From contig CP154954.1 in NCBI GenBank assembly GCA_039621445.1, positions 23,634,954 to 23,698,953 on the forward strand: a stretch of 64,000 bases of DNA. The letters are read 5' to 3'. This DNA is from Euglena gracilis. Lineage: Eukaryota. The translations under genes and the position numbers were made by a program. Below the pieces are notes generated by a model that was not told where the DNA came from, ran no database searches, and worked only from the letters and a program-made list of their open reading frames with translations. Below are positions 32,940 to 43,087 of the stretch, in pieces. Position 1 is the stretch's first letter. Each line of letters opens with the position of its first letter.

Positions 32940-33458
32940 GTTTTTGGTTTTTATTTTTCAAAAAAACTTTTTTTTGGCCAAAATCCCCGTTTTCCCGAAA
33001 TCGGTGAAAATGCTGTGGTGGGTGTGGGGGGTGGACCCCCCCCACCTTCTGGTTCTTCCGGCGCAGTCATATGGTGCTGCCGTGAAATATATGTTGAAGA
33101 AATGTTCGTCCACCCGAAAAATAAATAGTCTCGTCTTTCGCAGCACTTTTGGTTCCGTGGACCGCGGTTACTACTGCTCGCTGTTAACTCATCCGCCGGC
33201 GTGGATGTTGTGATTAAACCTGGCGAGCGCAGCCGGCGAGCGTAATCAAAACCGACGAGGCTCCGCCTTGCGGTCTTTGCCCTGTATAATTTTTGAAGGC
33301 ACTAAAAAGAAGGAGGAGGCGCCCCAGCCGCGGCCGGCCACAGCCAGCCGCGGCTGGCCGTGGCTGGTGACTGGGAGAAAAGAGGAGGAGGAGGTCTGGA
33401 TGGTGGCTGGTGAAAAAAAGAGGAGGAAGAGGTCTCTGGCCGTGGGGACCCCAGCTCC
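32940..33458. mobile_element. Partial inverted copy of the GGAGCTGGGG-TIR family
   Basis: Ends GGGGACCCCAGCTCC at 33458; reverse complement resembles 22536-23000. Confidence 0.65.
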
Positions 33459-35637
33459 AGTGGATCCATGTTGGGGCCAAGCTGCAGCTGCAACCATCGT
33501 AGCGTGTCTTGCGATGGGATTGCCAGCACCGAGGCCGGCACCCCCACAGCTTGGCTGCCATGCATCCCCAGGTTCAGCAAGGCCGCCATCCGTGCCGCCG
33601 GCTGCAGTACTTCTGGGTCCGAGATTCCGAGGCCTCCGTGGCGGATAGGCAGGGATACCTGATCCCACGTGCTCTCGGCGATACCCAGTCCGAGGAGATC
33701 TTGTACGGCTTCTTGCAGTCGTGCCCTGAGCGGGGAGTCCCGTGCGTTTTCTCTCTCCGTTGATCGGAGGAGGTGGACCACCGGCATCCGTCAAGGCAAT
33801 ACTGCAAGAGTGCATGCCGCACTTGCCCCTCTGGGTATCCCATGAGCCGTTCCAGGAGCAGGTTCGCGTTGCCCACTGTTTCTTCCCATACGGCTTGGCA
33901 TTGTGGTGCTCTTGGTGTGCCTTCTTCGGCTGCTCCATGCTCCATTGGAGCATCGATTGGGACAAGGTCGTGATACCCTTCGGTCCTCCAAAGGGAATCA
34001 CGGGCACTTGTCGCCCCAAGTGGTCTTCTGCCAAACCGTCAGGATATTGTGGCCCAGCCTGATCAATCTTTTGCATCCCAGGTCCCCATAACTTGCACTT
34101 GGCCAGGTGGAGGCCTGCCCCCTCGAGGACCGTGTTGAGGTCGTGGAGGCGGGCGAGCACCACTGCTGGTTTTCCCACAATGTGTCCATCGTCGAGGTAC
34201 CAAGGCTCCCACGCCAGGTCCCGAGCAAAGCACTGGTCGAGGGCGTAGTCCAAGCCCAGTGCAAAGCATAGTTGCAGTTAGTGCGACCGGAAAAAATGCT
34301 TCCGTGCGCCGCAACCACCGCGTTAAATTTTTTTGTAACCGGCAGCGTTGCGGCAAAAAATTTTCTGTGCGCCGCGAATGCCGCGGCACTGGTTTATGTG
34401 TGCGCCGCGACTGCCGCGGAAACTTTTGAAGTTTGTGCCGCGACCACCGCGGTAATTGTCTTTTTAAATTGTGTCCCACATATAACCCCCCCCCCCCACC
34501 TATAAGAAACCCCCCTCTATAAGAAACCCCCACCTATAAGAAACCCTTTGGGCATTTTCGGACCGACACCCACCTATAAGAAACCCCCACCTATAAGAAA
34601 CCCTTGGGGAGCTTTGAACCCAACCACCCCCTTTTTTCTTCGGCGCCGAAGGCGCCGAAGGAAATTTTTGACCGTTTTTGGCCACTTTTGGTCTTTTGTC
34701 GGCTCAAAACTTTTTCGGACATTGAAACCCACCTATAAGAAACCCCCACCTATAAGAAACCCCTCGGGCCATTTTTTGGAAACCCACCTATAAGAAACGG
34801 GTTTCTTATAGGTGGGGGGGGGTTTACTTCCTTCGGCCCCTTCCCCTGCCTGGCCTCTTTGATACATTCTCGACCATGGCCGAAAAGGGTATTTGGCGGC
34901 AGGGAGTGAACTTTTGTACAAGCGTTCCTGTTTGTTTTCACGTATCAGCTTTCACCATGTCAAGCGAGACCTCCACATAAACGTTCTTGATTTCCGGGCA
35001 GAAAAATTTTTTTGCGCCGCAACCACCGCGGAAAAATTTTCCCCTTGCGCCATGACCACCGCGGCAATGAATTTTGCTTGTGCCACGACAGCCGCGGCAA
35101 AAATCTTCTTGTGCGCCGCGACCACCGTGGAAATTTTTTTTTTGCGCCGCGGCATGAGCGCCGCGGCGCACTAACTACAAGTATGGTGCAAAGCCCAAGG
35201 GCCCGCATGCGTCGCCTTGGTGCACTCCAATCTGGCTCGTACACAGGAAGCGCCCTTGGCAGAACAGCGGACTTGGTCCACTGTAGCAAAAGCGCAACCA
35301 GTTGTACACTCTGGGCACCTTGGCTAAGCATCCCTGGAGCATTGCATCCCTGCCTGCTGAAGGAGTTGAAGGCATTGCGCCATCCACCTGCAGCACCACG
35401 TCGTCATCGTCCCCTTGGAGGTGGCTTGACTGGACGTAGCGTTGCAAGCCCATGCCCACCATTTCGGTGGCATTGCGCACCCCCGCACCATCGTGGCTGC
35501 AGGGCGTTCAACTCCACCTTCACCGCCTCAGAATGGAGGAGACACTTCCCCACTACTCGCCGGAGTGTGTCCCCGACGGCAATGGGCCGCACCCCTCCAT
35601 CCTTCTTGCGGAGGGGATGAGCGTGGAGGCGTATTTG
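33459..35637 (-). pseudogene. Second, partial copy of the 20770-25550 CRE-like family (RT region)
   Basis: RPIAVGDTLRRVVGK, GVHQGDACGP, WYLDDGHIVG; nucleotide-level similarity to 21515-24260. Confidence 0.9.
34267..35185. mobile_element. hAT-like element with nested TATAAGAAACCC MITE (about 34484-34824)
   Basis: TIR CATAGTTGCAGTTAGTGCG / CGCACTAACTACAAGTATG; 8-bp TSD GTGCAAAG; GCGCCGC..ACCGCGG subterminal repeats. Confidence 0.85.
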
Positions 35638-38600
35638 CGCGAACCGGCGGGTAGCACAGCTTCACCCAGACCGTGCCCCGGGCCCAGGGAGACGTCTCTT
35701 TTGGCCCTCGCCACAAGGAGAAACCCACAAGGAGAAACTCCTCATGACTCCTTGTGCGGCCACAGGTTGCCGGTAGATACTATGGGTGTAAAGTACAAAA
35801 GGTTGTATGGAGTGCCGTGCATGTCCCGCGGTCAGTGGTTAGAGGAAAATGGGAAAGTCCCATCTTCAATATATACGGCGGGGAGAGAGGGGTGTGTGTG
35901 TGCTTTGCTTTGCGCATCAAAGCCATTCCAAGCCCCTGCCATGCACTGGCCTTCACACCCCGCCTCTCCCAGCCGTTATGTTAGCTTAGTTGTTTGGAGG
36001 CGGATGCATGTGGAGACGAATCCTTGGCCTGCTTCACTCATGCCACCGTAGCAGTCCATCACCAGTGGGATAAATGTCCAACCTCGTCGCTTGCAAGGCT
36101 CCCCATACTTGGCGATTTTGTCTTCTTCCTGTCGATTGTGCCATTTGTCCACCTGAGCTGGAGGTGACGTGGAGGGTGCAAGTGGGAGCCTCACTGTGAC
36201 ATCAATGGCTGCGGGACCATTTGCGTCGAATCGAGTGATAAAAACATCACCCGGTCGTGCTCCATCCCCAGCTTTTTCTTCTCGACGTGCAGGAAAGCCA
36301 GCTCGTTGTGCCAGATTCAAGACAAAGCTTTGCACTGCCCCGTGCCGCCGAACGAGGTTGTTACGGTGGCAGCAGACGAGGTGGTGGCCGGCTGTGTCAA
36401 GTGGGCTCATGCATCGAGGACATCCAGGAGAGTTGCTTTCTTCTGTTTTTACCACAGGAGCGCCAAGCGTCCATTGGAGGAGGGCAACAAATCCTTTTGT
36501 GGGAACAAGGGTTTTTGTGCCAGCAGAGGGGACTGCACACGTCCGCTTCTCGCCGAAAAGGTACACCCAGCGTCTCCGGCGCGGGACCCCCCCCCCCCGG
36601 GGGGGTCCGGCCCGGACCCACCCACCCACCCCCCCCCTCCCCCCAGGGGGGGGGTCCGCTGACTTAAAAAGAAGCCTGGTGGAGCCGAAAATTTTTGAAA
36701 ATTGCCTTTAACGGGCTCGATTTTGGGGGGGTCCCTGCCCCCCCCTCCCCGGGGGGTCCCGCGCTACCCTGGGTGGGTGGGGGGGACCCCCCCTCCCCCG
36801 GGGGTCTTAAAAAGAAGCCTGGTCCCCACAACCGACACTTGGACATATTCAGGGAAACCCCAATGAGGGGTCCTTCACGCAGAATGTATCGGACTGATGT
36901 TTCCAGTTGTTCTGGGGTGCCCACGAGATGGGCATCGTCTAAGTACCATGCTTGCCATCCGACCAGCTCACCCACTTTTTCAACCAGATTTTGAACTGCA
37001 ATTGCGAACGCCGCAGGACCACATGGGTCACCATGTTGCACACCACTTTTGCTGCGGAAGGAGGTTGAACCGCAGCACAAAGTGGAATGCTCACTGTAGC
37101 AGCTCTCCATCCATGCTGTCATCTCAGGGCAGCGTTCTCGAACAGCGTCCAACATACCTTCACGGCGCAGGCAGTTGAAGGCATTTGCAAAGTCCAATTG
37201 CAGCACACCCCAATCTTGAGCACCTGTGTGATGGAGACAGCCAACAAGCTGCTGAAGCCCAATGGCGACAATGGAACAAGGATCAGAATGGCCAACACCG
37301 GACTGTCCAGGTTGATTGTTGCGAACTGCTGTTCTCACGACTTCCTGTCTCATGATCACTTTTCCCACCAGACGACGCAGGCACTCGCCCGCTGCTATGG
37401 GCCTGGTTCCCTCTTCTTCTGGAGTAGGTGGGCATTGGTTGCCAAAATCATCGGTGTTTTTGGCTGCCTTCACTTTCCGCAAGGCTGTCAGTCTGGCTGC
37501 TGCCATGATTGCGGCAGGTCCTTTTGGCAAACCATTGTCAATGGTGCGGTAACAGAAGATCGTGAGTTCGTCCAAAAGGTCATCTGCATGGCAACCTGCA
37601 TCATGACCCAGCAAACACCGAAGGTGGTCGGGCCTCAAGCCAGAGGGGCCTGGGGAGGATTCTGGGCCAAAGCTGAAGACTGCCTATAGCACTATGGTCC
37701 GGCGTTGTTGCATGTCTTCCTCAGAAGTGGCAGCTGGTAGCGAACGTCTCATGGTCGCCGGGCCAAGTCCAGGAGGCGGTTCATGTGGATGTAATTGCTG
37801 GAGGCGTTCGTGTACCAAGGGGTTGTCGGGGTCTTGAACGCCATCAGAAGTCAACAAGTTGCAAGCTTTGGATACTGCACCCCTACCGACCAGTCGTTCT
37901 AGTCTGGAGACAAATTCTTCTTTTGTTACTTCTTCCTCTTTCGAGGCAGCCAGTCTGGTACGTGGTCTCTTTCGTGTGTTAGTAGCTTCCACTGGAGCAG
38001 AGGTGTCCTTCCAACTCTCCAGCGTCGGGCGGCTTAGGTATTGTCGTGCACGAGCCTGCAGGATGCGACCAAGACGTTCCCAGTGACCGCGCCCACCACG
38101 GCCGAAGGGAGCCAGCACTGCCTTGGGGAAGCACCAAAGGGCGTGCAAGGCTTCCCAGGTGCTTTCCATTGCCTCAGAGCATCGAAATGAACATTGATGC
38201 CGCAACGCACCCCCTTTCAGGACGATCCCCTGACCTCCATCCAACTTGGGATGAAATCGCCCACGATCGCCATGGTTCCATCAACCTCATCCCTCGCGGG
38301 GCCATCCAAGCTGTGGCCGAGGTCTATTGCACACTCATGCGCCGCCTAAACGAACAAACTCCAAAGCTGTCGATACCTGGATTTTTTTTTGACATCCGCA
38401 TGTTTTTCACACCCGTAGGCACTAATCCGGCCGGCACATCAAAGTAGCTATCCCGGGGAACATAACGGGAACCCCCAATCAGTTTCCAGTTTTGGGGTCA
38501 AATCATGGTTTCCCGTGGGGCCATGTAAGTGGAACAGGAGCGGAGGCAGGATTGGATGGCACTTCGCTTTGAGCTAGGTCACCCCCAATAAGATCCGGAA

Positions 38601-39099
38601 GGAGCTGTTGTAGATTCCGGCAATCTTGCGAAGTGGTTTCTAAAAGTGGGGCCAGGGTGGGTGGGACCGAGGCAGTTGCCATCAGGAAGCCGACGGCCCT
38701 CGCCGGATCCTCACTGAAGTCGATTTCAGTCTGTGGTGGTGCTGCGGGGCCTGGATTGGGCTGAATGTCACCACAGGATAAATTTCCTTCTCCGCGCCCC
38801 AAGCGACAGTGGTGACCTGTGTAAGCGCTGGGGTTTTGGTGCGTCATGGTGGGCATGCGTTCGGGCCAGCTCATCGTTTTCCTTTGGCGTTCAAATTTCG
38901 GAGGTCTGCAGGAATTGGGGGCTTTGGCTCCTGGGGTTGTTCTGGTTTTATGGTGAATTTTCGCTGCCAGGGTAGGCTGTGTGCTGTCTTTTGCAGGAGT
39001 GTAAGGAACAAGCACTTTTCTTTGTTTGGCCGACGTTGGGTGGTTTTTTCCTGTCAGCGGAGAGGGAACCTGGGGGTTGTCAAGTTCATTTTGCTGAGG

Positions 39100-39785
39100 T
39101 GGGAAGGTTGCAGGCCAGCAGAATCTGGCAGAACTGGCTGGCTGGGGGGCCACGTTGCAGACCAAAAAGTGGATGTGCTGTCTGGCTGGGGGGCCACTGT
39201 TGCAGGCCAAAATGTGGAGGAACATGGTTTGCCAGTTTGTCGGGGGCTTTTCAGGCTGAGAGCAAAAATGGTGTCAGGGGGGGGCCCTTGCAGGCCCATG
39301 GCCTTTGTAGGCCACTGGGACAAAATGCTGCAACAGGACAAAAAGGTGTCACAGGGGCCTTTGCAGGCCCAGGGCCTTTGCATGCCACTGGAGCAAAATG
39401 GTGTTGGAGGGGGGCCTTTGCAGGCCCAGGGCCTTTGCAGGCCACTGGGGCAAAATGGTGCAACAGACCGAAATGGTATCACAGGGGGGCAAAATGGTTT
39501 TCAATGTCAAGTCAAAACTGCTGCAAAATGTATCACAGCTTTTGGTGTAACATGTGCTGTGAAATCTGGGGGTTTGCCACTTCAATTGATCAGAAGTTTG
39601 GGATGCAATGCAGAAAACAGAAGAGAAGACACTGGAGCTGAAAGTAGCACTTAATGGTTGGCAGATGGGGGGCCTTTGCAGGCCCAAAGGGGGGGGCCTT
39701 TGCAGGCCCACGATGAGGGGCCTTTGCAGGCCCATGATGAGGGGCCTTTGCAGGCCCAGATGGAGGGGCCTTTGCAGGCCCAGAA
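39100..39785. repeat. Clustered GGGCCTTTGCAGGCCC near-palindromic repeats
   Basis: Five 21-24-bp units at 39668-39783 and related copies at 39100-39450. Confidence 0.85.
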
Positions 39786-40077
39786 GGTACCAGCAGGGCT
39801 GAGAAGCCAAGGATAACAACAGCATGTGGAACTGCTGGAGCTGCTGATAAGGTCTGAGAAGCCCACTCCACTGTGGTCGTGTCCTGGACCTTCACTCCAC
39901 CTTGGACTCGTCTTGGACTTGCACTTTTTCTTGGACTTGCACCCTTGTAAATTGGACTTGACACCCGTACTTGTAACTTGTACTTGTAAACTTGAACTGC
40001 ACCAGGGACTTTCACTTCACCAGTACTTGTAACTTGAACCCCTCCAGGGGCTTTCACTTCTCGGCCATGTGATATGT

Positions 40078-40102
40078 CGAAAAAAAATAGACACTCATAA
40101 AG
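40078..40102 (-). other. Euglenid spliced-leader exon copy
   Basis: CTTTATGAGTGTCTATTTTTTTTCG versus the Euglena SL as I recall it, (A)CTTTCTGAGTGTCTATTTTTTTTCG: 24/25; followed by AC, not a GT donor. Confidence 0.88.
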
Positions 40103-40480
40103 CGAACCGACACTATTTTTTGCGGTTGATATGACTTGCCTTTGGCTGATGAAAAAAAAAACTGAATGTCAAGGAGTTCTCCCCTCTAGGGTACTACTTT
40201 GAAAAAAACAACAACCAGTCTCTTCACCCTCCTGGGGGTCAGCGAATGACACAATGACAGTGATTGGAGTGATTGGACGTTGCTCCTCTCGAGAAAGAAG
40301 CTGGGGGGCGACACCGCAGGACGGAGGCTGCAATGAATCCATCGCACCGCAGGCGGCACTGATAGTCGATGTACGCCTCCACCGTGTGCAAGAAATGAGT
40401 CTCTGCCAGAGCGGTCTTGGTCTTCAGGATCCACCGAAGGTGCCTGTGCAGAAAAACACATTCAAAAGTGGAGGTTTAAT

Positions 40481-40993
40481 TAACCCCCCCCCAAATATAA
40501 GAAACCCGTTTCTTATATTTGGGTGTCGGCCGATCGGCCCAAAGGGTTTCTTATATTTGGGGGTTTCTTATATTTGGGTGTCGAAGTCTGGCCCCAAGGG
40601 TTTCTTATAAATGGAACTTTTCTTCCTTTGGTTCCTTCATATAATCAATTACGTGCAGGATTGTCCTCATGTCTGACTGCCATTCAAACAGTGGGGAAGG
40701 GGGTCGTGACACGGACAGGTGTTTCCAAAAAGCAGTTGTTTCTGAACTCTTGCTTTGCAAAGAAGCAATAGACTGGATTGGCTTCACCTTGGGTTGATCG
40801 CGCCTTGAGATTTGCTGTGACCCATGGTGAAAATGAGGGGTTTCTTATATTTGGATTGGCGTCCAACAGCCCAGGGGTTTCTTATATTTGGGGGTTTCTT
40901 ATATTTGGGTGTCGGCTGAAAATCAGCCAAAGGGTTTCTTATATTTGGTGGTTTCTTATAGCGAGGGGTTTCTTATATTTGGGGGGGGGGTTT
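40481..40993. mobile_element. MITE with TATAAGAAACCC subterminal repeats
   Basis: AACCCCCCCCCAAATATAAGAAAC / GTTTCTTATATTTGGGGGGGGGGTT; related to 34484-34824. Confidence 0.75.
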
Positions 40994-42914
40994 AGGGGAC
41001 TGGGAAAACACTTTTTGGCCTTCCATTACATGCATGTCTCATTAAGAGCCCAGCACTATTCAAAACCTGGTCAAACAAGGGGGGGGGTAGTGGTACTGAG
41101 TTTATTGGAATCACCTGAAGGGGGAAGCAGCTGTTTTCGTCACATGGAAAGGGTTCGTGCATGTGTTGTTATAATTTTGAAAGCAAGCTGGATTTATGCA
41201 TTGCAGCTGCGACTAGTGTTGCTGCTGTCCTCCCTCCACTTTGGTAGACCCCCTCTGATGTTTCAAACAAGTTATACAGGTAATTTGACGGGACCTCGAA
41301 CACCATTGTGAATTTTTCTGCGGCCAGCAAGTGTTCCCTCCAACGGGGATGGTGTGAGACAGTGGGCAATTGTTTTTGCAACCGGCTGCAAATGGCTCCG
41401 TGGGGGCAGGTTTTGGGAGGCAACCTCATTTACTGTCTCTTTTTTTCGCATTCTTTTTGAAATCCCAAAACACAAAAGGCATCGCTGTCTCTTGCTGCCC
41501 GTTGGGCGGCCTGAAAACTTAAAAATTTTGATGTATCTGTGCCATGATTTCAAAAAATTGCCACAGTTTTTGTCACATCAATGCCATACTTCAAAAAAGA
41601 GCACTACCGTCTCGTCCCCCCCCCGGAATTTTTTTTTACCACCCTGAGTGCACTATGCACACACACATATGAATGTACTACAGCCGTACTGTAGTCTAGG
41701 CGGGGGGGCTGGGTGCGTTGGAGTGCCAAAAATTGAAGCCTGAATTGCGGCGAACGGTTGGGGGGGGGCTATGGCACTCACACACGATGACCTCCTTGCT
41801 GGGACCCAGGCACAGGGGGGGGGGGGTCCCGCGGGACCCCCCTGTCGAGTTGCGAACTCAACTGGACCGGTCGAGTATGCCCACTTGTTGGCAACCACAG
41901 CCGTAATTGAGTGGTGTGGAGCAGCGGAGGCTAGGCAGTCGAGTTAAACCCCCCTCCTCCCCCTGTCTGGTTCAGTTCGGACCTCGACAGGGGGGTCCCG
42001 CAGGACCCGCCTGGGCTCCACCGTTGTTTTTTGTTATTCCAGCCCTCGGCACCAGGCAACAAAAGTGCGGCAGTGTGCTCTATGTAAAATCCAACCCCCG
42101 ACCCATGTTTTCATGTGTTTTAAAAGAATGCTTCATTCCACGCAGCTCATGGATGGATTTTTCTGATACAAAGAAGTCAGTAAATCCACCATGGGCATTG
42201 TTGTGCGCACCAATTGGCATCGGTTGCCTTGTGTTGACTTATTTTCTCACAATCGACATCCATGTTCCTTCGTTTGCCAAACAGCAAATTGTGGTATATC
42301 TCTCAATCTCCAAGCATTTGTGATTGTTTTTGTTTCAAAAGACCCGTGTACCGGCCAGGCCGTATCCCAGGGCAAGGGCATCGGGACATTGAATCCAACA
42401 AATACCATGCCACCCCCCCTCCAATTTATCTCTGTCCCCCGAACCCTTTACAGCCCAATGGGAACAATACGGGGAGGGGGACAGCGATACCTTTTTTTTT
42501 GTTTTTTGGAAGTTTCAAACATCTTTTTTGGCAGATGTGCTTGAAATTTACCATTTTTTTTCAAAGTCAATTTTGAGCACTTTTGGAACGTTCTTCATGA
42601 ACAGCACCATGATGTGCTGTTCGTCACAGCAGCTGATGATGAACAGCACATCATGTTGCTGTTCATCAGCAACATGAACAGCTTTGAAAAAAAAAGGTCA
42701 ATTTCAAGCACTTTTGGGAACGTTCTTCATGAACAGCACCATGGCAGTGAACCATTTCTGTCCCGCCTCACGCATTACCCCGCATGAGGAAAAATGTGCA
42801 CCATTCACAGGTGTTCTTGGGGGGACCTGTGAATGTTAACCGTCCCACCGTTTGAAACTGTGTGCCCTTGGGGGCCCCTGTGGGCCCCAGGATATTAGAG
42901 TGGGGGGTACTGGC

Positions 42915-43087
42915 CAAGGTTCCCGTTTTTTTTTGTTTTAAAACAAAGCAAAAAAAGCTTTCATGAATAAAAAACGGTCTAAAAACTTTTTTTTGTTTTT
43001 AAAAAGGGTGTTTTTTTAATTAAAACACCACAAATAGGAAAAAAACCTGTTTTAAACAACCTGTTTAAAAACGGCCCGGGAACCTTG
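42915..43087. mobile_element. hAT-like MITE
   Basis: TIR CAAGGTTCCCG / CGGGAACCTTG; perfect 8-bp TSD GTACTGGC. Confidence 0.85.

Larger units (their letters stand above)
35976..40102 (-). mobile_element. Rearranged CRE-like non-LTR element: SL head, repeat-rich leader, 2A-like motif, RT, RLE
   Basis: RPIAAGECLRR, LDFANAFN, GVQHGDPCGP, WYLDD (36664..37638); CPRC..RRHG..RPGDV..AIDVT (35976..36540); the link of 38500-40102 to the RT part is inferred across a rearranged junction. Confidence 0.75.

Noticed and set aside
40078-40102. SL-RNA gene
   Set aside because: No GT donor or SL intron after the exon and no tandem SL/5S context
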